IMG/VR virus record: IMGVR_UViG_3300043783_000122
Coordinates: 1 to 60,318 of that record
Origin: a virus
Taxonomy: Duplodnaviria > Caudoviricetes
Direction: 5' to 3' (one strand)
Length of the DNA: 60,318 bases
A program made the position numbers and the translations under genes. Shown here piece by piece: positions 8,099 through 17,488 of the stretch. The notes beneath the pieces were generated by a model. That model saw only the letters and a program-made list of their open reading frames with translations. It ran no database searches and was not told where the DNA came from. Position 1 is the first letter of the stretch. Each line of letters begins with the position of its first letter.

Positions 8099-10561
8099 TC
8101 AGTTATCGCTCGGCGTGGTATCTAGCCACGCCCCTGAAAACGCGGTGAACGCCGATCCCGACCATGATAACCTGAAAACGACATCCCGTGCCATACCCAT
8201 GCGATGCCAGACCATTTGGACCAAGTAGTCCCCTTGCGCGCCCATTGATTGCGGCGGGAGGACGTTGAATGTTCTCCCCCGGTCGTAGGAGATTTCGAGG
8301 GTGACGAGCTGTTGCACGGTGGGATTGACAGCGTCGCCGTTGCCGCAGTCCATATCCAGCGCGAGTCGGTCATATGTCGCCTTCTTTCCATCGTTCAAGA
8401 GATGCGGGAAGCCCCGGCGGCGTACAATCGGTCCGCCGAAGTCGTTATACGTATTCAGATCAAGCACGTATATCTTCCCATTCTGCCAGTCTCCGCAGAC
8501 GTTCAGGCCATACGCCAGCGCCATGCAGTTCGCCCGGATGCGGTTCTGGGCGCCGCTGGCTGGATCGGTCCAGGTACGCTCGTGCCAGAGATTCTCCCCG
8601 ACATCGTACACGATGGTTGCATTCGCGCTGGCGCTCGTCAGCACGTAGAAGATGTGATCCTGCTGCTTATAGACCATGCCGATAGCGTCGGAGAGGTTCG
8701 CGCCGGCGGCGATCCAGCCGGAGATGATCTTCTCTATGGCATACGTGCTGATCCTCCGTGCAGCATAGCCCACTCCCGAGAAGATCGTCCCCAGCCCCGC
8801 TTGGTCGATGCCCAGCCAGAAGGTCTGGAGATCGTGCGTAGCCACGCTATACGGAGCCATACAGCCGTGCTGGAGGAACACTCCGGGCATGATCTGGAAG
8901 GGGAACGACGTGCCCCCAGCGTCGTACCAGACCTCAGCGCTGTTCACCGCGCCCATGAGCCAGATCTCACGATGCAGCACCACGAGCGTCGAGAGCAAAT
9001 CTGGGTATCCCGTCTTCGCCGCGACATAGGTCGGATCGAACGCGGGAGGGTTGATCGCGATGAGGCTATACTGGAAGCCGAAGAGGGTGTTCCCCAGCGT
9101 CGCACTCAGCACGTCCCCTGCGTTATATCCAAGCCCGGTCGGAAGCAGCACGACATTCGTCACCACCCCGCTGACCGTGGTGATGTTCGCCGCAGCGCCA
9201 GCGCCCGAGCCCCCGGTGAGCGCCACATTATTGTACGTCGCACTTCCCGCAGTGCCCGCGCCCGCTCCGATGATCTGGCCCTGGAGGGGCTGGCCGGGGA
9301 CGCCAGTCAGCTCGCTATAGGTGATATTGCTGAGCGAGCTATACCAGTTCCTCGTTCCCGGCTGGGAGAACACCAGGAACGTGTCGAGATACCCTATGCC
9401 CACGCCCCCGAGGAAATTCGGATCGGTAATCACGCCGAACGTATTGACCGCTGTGCCCACATTCGTCACAACGAACGCGAACGCCCCGAGGCCTGGAATG
9501 GCACTCGTCCCGAGCACATCGCCCACGCTATAGCCGTTCCCAGTGTTGTCGAGCGAGAACGAGGTGACAGCCCCGTTTACTATCTGGAACTCTCCCGTCG
9601 CCCCCGCGCCCGTTCCGCCGGAGAGCGGAACATTCGAGTACACTCCAGAGACCGCTCCGACAGCGGTCACTGTGAGCTGCTCGCCGCTAAGCCCCGGCAC
9701 GGCCGCCGAGGCCAACACGTCCCCGACGAGGTAATTCGTCCCAGTCGGATTGAGTGCAACGCTCGTAATCGTCCCGTTCCCACCTGTGACGATGGAGCCG
9801 AATATCGTGGGGACCTGGAGCGTCGCCGGGGCGAGGAAGTTGAGCGTCGTCCCGCCCGTGCCCGCCGTAGCGGTGAAGGTTCCGTTCCACTGGGGAACGT
9901 TCAGCCCGGCCAGGGTGAACGGACTACCTGGAGAGAGCCCATGTGCAACGCTCGTGGTGAGCGTGACGATGCCGCCCAGCCCCGGCCCGATGAGGTTGGT
10001 GATGGGATTGGTGACGGTCAATGTCGCCGTCGCCCCGGTGCCACTACCGCCCGTGAGCGCCGCGCTGGGATAACTCCCGTTCGCCCCGCCAGTCCCGCCG
10101 TTCGTAATGGCCACGCTGCCCGGCTGGCCACTCGACGTGTCCCCCGCATTCGTCACTTGGCCAGCGAGGGGCCGCCCAGCGATTCCCGCCTGCAAATTGA
10201 TCGCATATCCGCTCGTCGTGCCGTCAACGATCACCAGCACATTCCCGTTGTCCTGCATCCCCACGGGAGTCGTCAGCGCGGCGGACAGGGTGCCAAGCAG
10301 GTGCAAGACGAACGCTGAGTCGATGAAGTAAACGTTCTGGCCGCAGACATAGTAGAGCGAGCCGTTCGTCGCAGTGTAGAGCTGCCGCCCGACCCCTGCC
10401 GCCGGGCTGGCCTTCAGTACGAGCCCTGGCGTGAGCTGGTTCGTGTACGGCGCGCTAGCATCCTGGGGGTTCTTCTCGGGATAAAGATTCTGGCACCTCT
10501 GAGCATCCGCGATAACGCTCCGGGCGAGGTACGTACCCCCGAGGAGATTAATTCTGGCCAC
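8099..10561 (-). CDS. tail hub/packaged-DNA stabilization protein (P22 gp10-like) with inserted Gly-rich repeat domains
   Basis: N-terminal AQRCQNLYPE...TPGL; EVWYDAG...FPFQ...GCMAPYSVA; RISTYAIE; YDVGENLWHER; SYDRGRTF...WHRMGMARDVVFRL, all gp10-like. Confidence 0.85.
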   Translation of the reverse strand: MARINLLGGTYLARSVIADAQRCQNLYPEKNPQDASAPYTNQLTPGLVLKASPAAGVGRQLYTATNGSLYYVCGQNVYFIDSAFVLHLLGTLSAALTTPVGMQDNGNVLVIVDGTTSGYAINLQAGIAGRPLAGQVTNAGDTSSGQPGSVAITNGGTGGANGSYPSAALTGGSGTGATATLTVTNPITNLIGPGLGGIVTLTTSVAHGLSPGSPFTLAGLNVPQWNGTFTATAGTGGTTLNFLAPATLQVPTIFGSIVTGGNGTITSVALNPTGTNYLVGDVLASAAVPGLSGEQLTVTAVGAVSGVYSNVPLSGGTGAGATGEFQIVNGAVTSFSLDNTGNGYSVGDVLGTSAIPGLGAFAFVVTNVGTAVNTFGVITDPNFLGGVGIGYLDTFLVFSQPGTRNWYSSLSNITYSELTGVPGQPLQGQIIGAGAGTAGSATYNNVALTGGSGAGAAANITTVSGVVTNVVLLPTGLGYNAGDVLSATLGNTLFGFQYSLIAINPPAFDPTYVAAKTGYPDLLSTLVVLHREIWLMGAVNSAEVWYDAGGTSFPFQIMPGVFLQHGCMAPYSVATHDLQTFWLGIDQAGLGTIFSGVGYAARRISTYAIEKIISGWIAAGANLSDAIGMVYKQQDHIFYVLTSASANATIVYDVGENLWHERTWTDPASGAQNRIRANCMALAYGLNVCGDWQNGKIYVLDLNTYNDFGGPIVRRRGFPHLLNDGKKATYDRLALDMDCGNGDAVNPTVQQLVTLEISYDRGRTFNVLPPQSMGAQGDYLVQMVWHRMGMARDVVFRLSWSGSAFTAFSGAWLDTTPSDN

Positions 10562-10809
10562 TACTCATGTCTCCAGCCATTACAGTGGGCCTTTTCATGC
10601 TCCTCGATCTGCTTTCTCTCCGGCAAGTCCGCGATGATGATGAGACAACCGCCGAAGGGCCAGAGCTGGCAGCCATAAATCGTCCCCGCGTCCTTCACGC
10701 CCAAGTCTCGGCAGAGTGCCTGGACCTGCCAGAGCGGACGGAGAACCTCGACGAGCGGGCCGTCGTAGGGCAGATATTCCGCTGGAGGCTGCTGGATGTC
10801 GAGCATCAC
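10561..10809 (-). CDS. small protein with HExxH motif (zincin-like)
   Basis: 82 aa ending IEEHEKAHCNGWRHE, with several Cys. Confidence 0.5.
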   Translation of the reverse strand: MMLDIQQPPAEYLPYDGPLVEVLRPLWQVQALCRDLGVKDAGTIYGCQLWPFGGCLIIIADLPERKQIEEHEKAHCNGWRHE

Positions 10810-10892
10810 TCGTGCTCCTCAATCTGCGGCGCACGATAGAGTAGCTCGACCCAGATCGTTAGCATGAACAGCCAGAGTACTGCCGCTATCAT
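10806..10892 (-). CDS. very small membrane peptide
   Basis: MIAAVLWLFMLTIWVELLYRAPQIEEHE*, AGGAGG RBS, overlaps both neighbours. Confidence 0.4.
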   Translation of the reverse strand: MIAAVLWLFMLTIWVELLYRAPQIEEHE

Positions 10893-11275
10893 TTAGCCTC
10901 CTTAAACGCCGCCTCGACATCGCTCTGCTGCTTGACGGTCTTGCCGATGTTGGTGAGGACGGATTGCTCGGTGGCGAAGGGAGTGGCTACAGCAGCCTTT
11001 GCCGTATCGAATGCCGCCTGCACCTGGGCGAGGGTCATGTCGGAGGTGATCTTGGGCACGATGCCGAGCACCTGACCGTGGCGAAGATCGCGGGCGACCT
11101 GCTGGCAGGTTTCCGGCATGGCCTTGAAGGCGTCGATCTGCGCTGGCGTGAGATTCGTGTAGCTGCGCCATTGCGGGTCGTAGGTGGTCGGGATGATGTG
11201 GCCCGTATAAAGTTTCGGCCGCGGCTTATTTGGCCGGGGTCGTGTCAGTGCCGTTGTGTTTCTCAGGTCGGTCAT
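10889..11275 (-). CDS. hypothetical protein
   Basis: 128 aa ORF with GAGG RBS. Confidence 0.6.
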   Translation of the reverse strand: MTDLRNTTALTRPRPNKPRPKLYTGHIIPTTYDPQWRSYTNLTPAQIDAFKAMPETCQQVARDLRHGQVLGIVPKITSDMTLAQVQAAFDTAKAAVATPFATEQSVLTNIGKTVKQQSDVEAAFKEAK

Positions 11276-11285
11276 TTGTTCCTCA

Positions 11286-12512
11286 TTAGACCAAGGTTAC
11301 TTTCTTGATCGTGCCAGCGTCATTGTAGGCGAGATAGACATCACCACCGACAGTATCCTTAAATACATTGTAAAATCCCGCACTCAAATCGGTCGTCGTG
11401 GGAGGGGCGGACAACTGAACGGCCAATACTTCCTCGTTGGCATGTTGGAAGCGATCATTGCCAATAGCGTCTTGATAGAGATAAGCCCCACCACCTCCTA
11501 AAAATCCGCCAGGACCGAGCAACGCTACGGGACTACTCCCTAGGCCGAATACATCGAGATAGCTGTTCTGCCCGTTTACTGACCAATTGACGGCAGAACT
11601 ATAGTCGCCGGTGACATCCGTAAAAGTCGCTGACTCAAATTGAATGACAGCATTGAAATCAACATCAGGGAAAGACCCCGCACTTGCAAAAGGCCCGGTC
11701 GGGCTTTCGAAAAGGAAATTTGCCGCAGAAAAGTCGTAGCCGATCGAGACAAATCCGTTTTGTGTCGCGCGTATCCAAACATTCGGCGAGCCGGTCATAG
11801 TGATGTTATCACTCAACGACAAAGTTGCGCCGTTGCCAGCAGTTAAGAAATCTCCGGTAGTACCAATGCACTTGACGCCGTTCGATGGGCCGTAGGAGCC
11901 GCCATCTCCGATAGCGAAAAATGTTCCGCCGCCAGAGGCGAAAACAACAATGGTGTCTTCGCTAAGGCTTGTTCCGTCGATGGTGCAATTCTTTAATATA
12001 TATGGGACAAGCGACGGTGGAGTAATGAAAATTATCCCGATTGCACCATCGACCTCCCCGGAGGGAATTTCAGTGAACGAAACTAAAGTTATGTCGCTGG
12101 GATCACCTTGAATGACCCAGGCCACGGGAACACCATTTTGCCCCTGCGACGAACTGAAAGGAGCGCATAGAGCAACACCGCCGTAAGCGCCAGCGACAAA
12201 ATTGGTGATGACAACATAGCCGTTGAAATCTAGCGCACCAACATAGGCGTTTGCTTTGGCGAACGTCGCCCACGGCCCATTCACGCCCCCCGTATAAGTC
12301 GCCGACAATCCATTGTAGCTGTCGCTGCCGGTAGAGGCGTTGACGTAGAGGGAGAGGTTGCCGGTGAGGATGGTGCGGATCGGCGTCTCGCCCAGAACGC
12401 CGGCATTATCAATCAGCGCACTGCCGCTTGTTCCACCGGAAATGGCCGTGGCGCCAACAGTCAGCCCGCTGCTTCCTCCGCCATCGCCGCCGCCCAGAAG
12501 AGATGACATCAT
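11286..12512 (-). CDS. tailspike/receptor-binding-like protein (probable beta-helix)
   Basis: LYVNASTGSDSYNGLS...GPWATFAKA motif typical of beta-helix N-termini; G/S/T/aromatic-rich; visibly AT-richer DNA. Confidence 0.65.
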   Translation of the reverse strand: MMSSLLGGGDGGGSSGLTVGATAISGGTSGSALIDNAGVLGETPIRTILTGNLSLYVNASTGSDSYNGLSATYTGGVNGPWATFAKANAYVGALDFNGYVVITNFVAGAYGGVALCAPFSSSQGQNGVPVAWVIQGDPSDITLVSFTEIPSGEVDGAIGIIFITPPSLVPYILKNCTIDGTSLSEDTIVVFASGGGTFFAIGDGGSYGPSNGVKCIGTTGDFLTAGNGATLSLSDNITMTGSPNVWIRATQNGFVSIGYDFSAANFLFESPTGPFASAGSFPDVDFNAVIQFESATFTDVTGDYSSAVNWSVNGQNSYLDVFGLGSSPVALLGPGGFLGGGGAYLYQDAIGNDRFQHANEEVLAVQLSAPPTTTDLSAGFYNVFKDTVGGDVYLAYNDAGTIKKVTLV

Positions 12513-12853
12513 CGCTCCTGTGTGTACCAAACAGTACCGGCCAGCAGCACGCCAATGGAGAGATTCATTATCCAATCGTCTCCGGCGAGCGTGGTGAACC
12601 AGGGCTTAGTGTCGAAATCGAAGATCGCTCCCTGAAAGGCGGTGAATGGTACTGGCCCAGATTGAGCTGTCTGACCACTCTTGAAAGTGATACTCGTCGC
12701 GCTTTGAGGGATGAAGAAGAGCTTATATATTCGGATGTATAAGTGCTTGATTCCAGGTACTACAACATTATCTCCCAGGCTGTTGAAACCAACTACAGCC
12801 TGGATAAGATTATCTTGGTACTGATTGAGTGCAACATTGAATTTCGCGCCCAT
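12509..12853 (-). CDS. hypothetical virion-module protein
   Basis: 114 aa beta-rich ORF coupled to neighbours. Confidence 0.55.
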   Translation of the reverse strand: MGAKFNVALNQYQDNLIQAVVGFNSLGDNVVVPGIKHLYIRIYKLFFIPQSATSITFKSGQTAQSGPVPFTAFQGAIFDFDTKPWFTTLAGDDWIMNLSIGVLLAGTVWYTQER

Positions 12854-13338
12854 TAGCCACTCGCGAATTCATGCGCCCTTTTCCTCAGCGCAGCGAGGCT
12901 ATCCGAGGCCTCAGCGTGTTGGGCATGAATGGAGTCCAGCTGGGCCTGGGCAGCACTAATCTTGCTCACGAGCTCCGCGTGCTGCTTACCAGCCTCCACA
13001 AGGCTCACCTGGGCATCGCTCTTCGCCTTCGCTCGCGTGCCGTCTGCTTCCGCGCGAGCGTCTTCTTTCATCCGCGCCGAGGCTACTTGCGCCTCGGCGC
13101 GGATGCGTCGCGAATCGGCCTTGGCCTTGTCAATCTCCCCTTGCACTCCCGCCCGCTCGCCCTGTACGCGGGCCAGTCTTGTCCGTTGATCTTGCTCCTC
13201 TTCCTGCAGCACAGCCAGTCTTGCCTCATTCCCCTTAGCCGCCTGCGCGAGGCCATCAAGACGAGCGAGCTCGTTCTCCAGCCCCCCAAAAATCACCTGG
13301 AGAGAGGCTAAAGCCTGCGTGAATGCCGGATTATTCAT
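12853..13338 (-). CDS. coiled-coil protein
   Basis: 161 aa A/E/Q/R heptad-rich. Confidence 0.65.
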   Translation of the reverse strand: MNNPAFTQALASLQVIFGGLENELARLDGLAQAAKGNEARLAVLQEEEQDQRTRLARVQGERAGVQGEIDKAKADSRRIRAEAQVASARMKEDARAEADGTRAKAKSDAQVSLVEAGKQHAELVSKISAAQAQLDSIHAQHAEASDSLAALRKRAHEFASG

Positions 13339-13347
13339 GTTACCTCG

Positions 13348-14370
13348 CTATGTGCTCTCAAAAGTTCCAGCGATATAGTAGTTATTCGCTGCAGGCGCGG
13401 TTACGAATGGGAGAATAATGCCGCTTGAAGAATTCGCCACAGCTCCCAGCGGCGTCGTCGCGACCGAGGCATTGTACGCGGCCAGAGGATAATTAGTCCC
13501 AGTAGCGTTCACCGAGATGCCGCCAGGGAGTGTTATGGTGAGATTGCCCAAACAGGTTCCAAGCGTTGCGATGTTCACATTGATCTGTATGAAGACCGTT
13601 TTGCCCAGAGTCTTATATCTTCCCGTCACAGTGTCTGTCGTAATAGTTCCGCTTGTCGTACAAGCTACTACGGGCGTATAGGTGCTCCAGGCTGCACCAG
13701 TGTCGCCTGTCCCGCCTGTCGTGACACTCTGTACCACACCGGCGCAGCCAACTGCGCTAGTTGAAAGTACTCCAGAACTTGCGTTGCAGACTACGCCCTG
13801 AGAAGAAAGGCCAGAGAACGTGACCGTGCTACTCGCCGTAAGCGTCGTGTGCGTCGCGGCCGCGGGCGTCGAGGCGCCGAGGATGACAGCATTGAGCCCC
13901 CCGCTCGTCCAAGTCCCACTATCCGGCCCAGTCACGGTGCCAGAGAACATCGGCGAGGCCAGCGGGGCGACGCCAGTCAGGGTGTTCGAGGAGAACGCCA
14001 CAGTTTTATTCGTCAACGTCTGCGTTGCCGCCAACACGGCGAATGTATCTGTCGCTGCGGGGAGCGTCAGCGTCGGCGTTCCAAGCGCGCCTGCCACGGG
14101 CTGGAGCTTAATCGTGCCAGAGCTGGCATTGCCTAACGTGACCGTGCCGAGCGAGCCGCTCGCGCCGAGTGCTAATGCCCCTGCATTAACCGTGGCTAGA
14201 GTATCACTCTGGCAGCCGTTGGAGCCAGAGTTGGTGATAATTTGGTTGACTGAACCGCCGGAGATTGTGCAGCCATTCCCCGTGTCCGGCGGGCCAGAGC
14301 CAACAATGGGTGTCTGGGCGCCTGCGGGTGAAACGGCAAGGACGAACGCGACGCTAAGAGCTTTCCACAT
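13348..14370 (-). CDS. fibre-like protein with Sec-type signal peptide
   Basis: ATG 14370: MWKALSVAFVLAVSPAGA|Q; fibre motifs ATQTLTNKT, APLASPMFSGTVT; C-terminal WSTYTP...GRYKTLGKTVFI...TLP fibre-tip-like domain. Confidence 0.7.
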   Translation of the reverse strand: MWKALSVAFVLAVSPAGAQTPIVGSGPPDTGNGCTISGGSVNQIITNSGSNGCQSDTLATVNAGALALGASGSLGTVTLGNASSGTIKLQPVAGALGTPTLTLPAATDTFAVLAATQTLTNKTVAFSSNTLTGVAPLASPMFSGTVTGPDSGTWTSGGLNAVILGASTPAAATHTTLTASSTVTFSGLSSQGVVCNASSGVLSTSAVGCAGVVQSVTTGGTGDTGAAWSTYTPVVACTTSGTITTDTVTGRYKTLGKTVFIQINVNIATLGTCLGNLTITLPGGISVNATGTNYPLAAYNASVATTPLGAVANSSSGIILPFVTAPAANNYYIAGTFEST

Positions 14371-14371
14371 A

Positions 14372-14836
14372 TTATTGGCTCGACACAATGAAGATGTCAC
14401 CAGACGTTCCGGTGACGAAGATGCTGTCTGTCGCCACTCCTGTTCCACCGATGGCGCACGTCATGCCCGAGAATTCCGGTGCGGTATCACCCAGCCGAAA
14501 GCTAGTAGTGGTATCTGCTGGACTCGCGCCGAAGAAGACATAGCCTACATCGGTGTTAGCTGCAGGAATGTACTGTATCGCGCACCCTGCGCGAGCGGTG
14601 TTTGCAGCAAGTGCCAGCACATACGTATTCGTGACGGCAACAGTGATCTTCACTTGTGTAGTAGACTTACCGTTGCCCCCACCGAGCAGGGTGACAGGCA
14701 GCGGCCAGGAGGGCGTGATGGGCGAGAATGGAGGATTTCCAGTCGTGGAGTAGCTTGGAACGACGGGGGCTTGGGCATGGGCGAGTGGAGAGTAGAGCGC
14801 CCCAAGCAGCACGAAAGCGGCGAGACCTTTGCGCAT
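14372..14836 (-). CDS. virion-module protein with Sec-type signal peptide
   Basis: ATG 14836: MRKGLAAFVLLGALYSPLAHA|Q; beta-sandwich-like ALAANTARAGCAIQ...VGYVFFG. Confidence 0.65.
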   Translation of the reverse strand: MRKGLAAFVLLGALYSPLAHAQAPVVPSYSTTGNPPFSPITPSWPLPVTLLGGGNGKSTTQVKITVAVTNTYVLALAANTARAGCAIQYIPAANTDVGYVFFGASPADTTTSFRLGDTAPEFSGMTCAIGGTGVATDSIFVTGTSGDIFIVSSQ

Positions 14837-14861
14837 CTTGCGCCCTCCTACGACCCGCGCC

Positions 14862-15359
14862 CTACGATATCGCCCCACAATACCACGCGCCATTCGCCGG
14901 GGCGAAGCACAGCACGTTCTTCCCGGTCGTCACGCCGGTGTAGGCGGTCGAGCCAGTCGTCCCGTTGATGGTGTCCTGGGTGCCCAGCACGGCGCTCGCG
15001 GTGATCGGGGCGCCATACAGATCGATCGTCTGGCCAGCGGCGTTGCCAATCAGTATCTCCTTCCCCGAGATCGCGGCGGGGAGGCAGACGTAGCCGGTGC
15101 TCGCGCTGGTCTTGACCTCTTGCAAGGCGTTCGAGTCGAGTTGGGTGCAATTCGCCTGACCCAAGGTCTGGGAGACGGAGAGACCTCCGTGTGCCCCGTA
15201 GCCACTCCCAGTGATATACGCCTGGGTGATGGCATAGAGGTTGTTGAGCTGGTCGCCCAGGTACGGCCCGTTCACAGCGGGGAGCGGAAGTTGGGCGGCC
15301 CAAGCCAGGGCGACACTCGTCACAAGTGCGGCGAAGCCGATGGTCAATTTGCGAAGCAT
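14862..15359 (-). CDS. virion-module protein with Sec-type signal peptide (decoration-like)
   Basis: MLRKLTIGFAALVTSVALAWA|AQ; VCLPAAISGKEILIGN...DTING...GAWY. Confidence 0.65.
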   Translation of the reverse strand: MLRKLTIGFAALVTSVALAWAAQLPLPAVNGPYLGDQLNNLYAITQAYITGSGYGAHGGLSVSQTLGQANCTQLDSNALQEVKTSASTGYVCLPAAISGKEILIGNAAGQTIDLYGAPITASAVLGTQDTINGTTGSTAYTGVTTGKNVLCFAPANGAWYCGAIS

Positions 15360-15368
15360 AGCTCTCTC

Positions 15369-16169
15369 CTAGTTGATCTGATCGCTGAAGACGTTGTAGA
15401 CGCCTGGACGGACGAGCGAGGCTGGCATCCGCAGGCGCGACAGCGCGGTATTCGCCCCCCGGATGACCTGCATGGACTCTTTCGCCCGCTGGACCAGCAC
15501 CTCGTCCATGGGCAGGCGATAGGCCGTCCTCGCGATGACGGCGAGGTTCAGATAGAGCGCCTGGAAGTACTCGTTCGGGATGATGAGCTTCTCGGTGAGC
15601 GCAGCGAACTCGCTCAGCTGGCGCTTCACGAGGATATGGATTTCGTAAATGTTCGCCTGGGGAACGGGCCAGGGGTAGAGCTGCCCGAGCGGATACGGCG
15701 CGGGATCGTAGAAGACGAACTCGGGGAAGGTGGTCAGTTGTTTCAAGGTAATGCGATTGTAGTCCTCCCAGGACTCCAGCAGCTCCAGTTGATAGTCCAC
15801 CTGATTCGGCGAGCTCTGCACGAGCTGGCGGAAGAAGTTTCCATCCTCCAGGCGATCCGGGCGAACCGGCGTCGCGATGTCGCCCCCAGGGCCGACGGAG
15901 TAGCTCTTCGCCCCGGTGCTGACGATGGAGAGATTCTCCAGCCCCCAGACGAGGTAACGCTTGCGTTGCCACTGGGCGAGGAGGAAATTCAACCTTGTGA
16001 ACATATCGTTCACATCCTCGGCCATCGCAGTCTGGCCGACGCCGATCACCCCAGCGTCCCGCAGGGCGAGATTGATGAGCGTCTGAGGCGTCGTTCCGTC
16101 GAGCGGAGGCGCGGCTGGCTTCGGCCCAAAGTCTGGCCCGAAATCGTTGTTGAAATCCTGGTTGCTCAC
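15369..16169 (-). CDS. head-tail adaptor (P22 gp4-like)
   Basis: TPQTLINLALRDAGVIGVGQT...LNFLLAQWQ...LYPWPVP...IPNEYFQALYLNLA; GTG 16169 overlaps the upstream TGA. Confidence 0.75.
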   Translation of the reverse strand: MSNQDFNNDFGPDFGPKPAAPPLDGTTPQTLINLALRDAGVIGVGQTAMAEDVNDMFTRLNFLLAQWQRKRYLVWGLENLSIVSTGAKSYSVGPGGDIATPVRPDRLEDGNFFRQLVQSSPNQVDYQLELLESWEDYNRITLKQLTTFPEFVFYDPAPYPLGQLYPWPVPQANIYEIHILVKRQLSEFAALTEKLIIPNEYFQALYLNLAVIARTAYRLPMDEVLVQRAKESMQVIRGANTALSRLRMPASLVRPGVYNVFSDQIN

Positions 16170-16741
16170 AACGTCGGCCGAATCTCCAAGGCCGCGCTGC
16201 ATGTCACAGGCGAGCCTTGAGCAGTCGTCACTCGGAAGAACAGGGAGGTCGAATTGCTATATACCGTATTGTTCGACACTGCCTGTGCGGTGTTAGCAGC
16301 GTTCACTCCAGCGGTGGTAATAGTCACAGCGGTCACGGGGATGAGCGCAAAGCCGGTCGCACCTGCTCCGGTGTAAATGGCCACGCTTGCACTTGACGCG
16401 CTGGCGGAGCAATTATAGAGCCGTAAGATTGGCCCCACAAAATTTGGAAGCCCGTTAGGAAGGAAGAAGGAGAACGGCGTATCGGCGACGGAGTTGAGGT
16501 TGATTCCGACGCCAATCGGGACTGTGTAAGCTGGGTTGCTCTGAAAGATGGCCGAGTTCATCGCATTCAGCGTCGTGCGCAGCGCGCTCGCCGCGATCTG
16601 CTGCTGGCCGTTGGTCGGGAGGTTCTGGAGGATGATAGCGGCGACGCTGGCCTGGGTAGCGGGCGACTGCGCACGACAAGGCGAAGCGAGGGTCGCTAGG
16701 ACCCCCGCCAGAACGGCCGCTCGTAGCGCGAAACGAGTCAC
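16166..16741 (-). CDS. virion-module protein with Sec-type signal peptide
   Basis: MTRFALRAAVLAGVLATLASPCRA|Q; S/T/A-rich beta domain. Confidence 0.65.
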   Translation of the reverse strand: MTRFALRAAVLAGVLATLASPCRAQSPATQASVAAIILQNLPTNGQQQIAASALRTTLNAMNSAIFQSNPAYTVPIGVGINLNSVADTPFSFFLPNGLPNFVGPILRLYNCSASASSASVAIYTGAGATGFALIPVTAVTITTAGVNAANTAQAVSNNTVYSNSTSLFFRVTTAQGSPVTCSAALEIRPTL

Positions 16742-17244
16742 GATTTGATCGCTCCGAAGCCCTTGGTCGCACGTTCCTCGGCGTCAGGACGATGCTGCTG
16801 CGCCTCTGGCACCTTGTCTATGTTCTTCTCCTGCTCCAACGCTGGAGCGCCCTGCGTGATTTTCTCCATCTGCGCCATGAGCGTCGTCATTTGCCCGGCC
16901 ATCTTCTCCATCATGGCCTGTTGGGCACCCAGGGCCTTATCTTGCTCGGCCACCGTGCGGGCGAGCGCGTCACGCTCTTTCTCCAGCGGGCTCTGGAAGG
17001 TGAGCTCATCGGGCGCTTCGGCGATTAGCTTGAGCTCCTCGCTCTTGCTCCCGACGGTCTTCTCCAGGATCGTGCCATCGACCCTGACGCGCCGAACGAC
17101 CTTGGGATACTCCTGGAACGGCCGGGCGACGAGCTGGCCCGGCATCTGTCCGGTCGGATCGACAATCGGCTTCCCATCTGTTCCGACCTTCATCATCGGG
17201 CCGATGACGCCATTCTGGACGAGCGTCTTATATGTGTCGAGCAT
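16738..17244 (-). CDS. hypothetical head-associated protein
   Basis: 168 aa, FQEYPK motif then coiled coil; located after the capsid gene. Confidence 0.6.
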   Translation of the reverse strand: MLDTYKTLVQNGVIGPMMKVGTDGKPIVDPTGQMPGQLVARPFQEYPKVVRRVRVDGTILEKTVGSKSEELKLIAEAPDELTFQSPLEKERDALARTVAEQDKALGAQQAMMEKMAGQMTTLMAQMEKITQGAPALEQEKNIDKVPEAQQHRPDAEERATKGFGAIKS

Positions 17245-17247
17245 GGC

Positions 17248-17397
17248 TTATCTCTTCCTCTTCTTGCGGGCCGGGAGCTTGCCCCCACGATCCGCCTTGA
17301 TGAACTCTTTCCCGACGCTCTTGGGAATCCCCAGCGAGCTCTTCCCACTGGCCGCAGCGCCCATCGCTGCTCGTTGCTTCTGGCTTACTGGAGGCAT
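17248..17397 (-). CDS. small basic phage protein
   Basis: [36 protein letters not shown]...; GGAG/GAGG RBS; resembles small basic proteins of podoviral head modules. Confidence 0.6.
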   Translation of the reverse strand: MPPVSQKQRAAMGAAASGKSSLGIPKSVGKEFIKADRGGKLPARKKRKR

Positions 17398-17435
17398 GTC
17401 CTCATTCTCCATTTGTCCTCGGGAAAGGGCACCCA

Positions 17436-17459
17436 GGAGGGAGCGAGGACTCTCCCTCC
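17436..17459 (-). terminator. stem-loop downstream of capsid/HNH genes
   Basis: GGAGGGAG-N8-CTCCCTCC inverted repeat; U-tract weak. Confidence 0.35.
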
Positions 17460-17488
17460 CAGGGCCTGCAGGATTGGGCCGTTTCGCG

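Noticed and set aside
8249-10318. Long plus-strand ORFs opposite structural genes (also 14829-16220, 22901-24073, 24764-26218, 26181-27533)
   Set aside because: Antisense shadows of real GC-rich genes; R/G/H-rich translations with no motifs or RBS
816-14370. Diversity-generating retroelement acting on fibre genes
   Set aside because: No reverse transcriptase ORF and no template/variable repeat pair noticed
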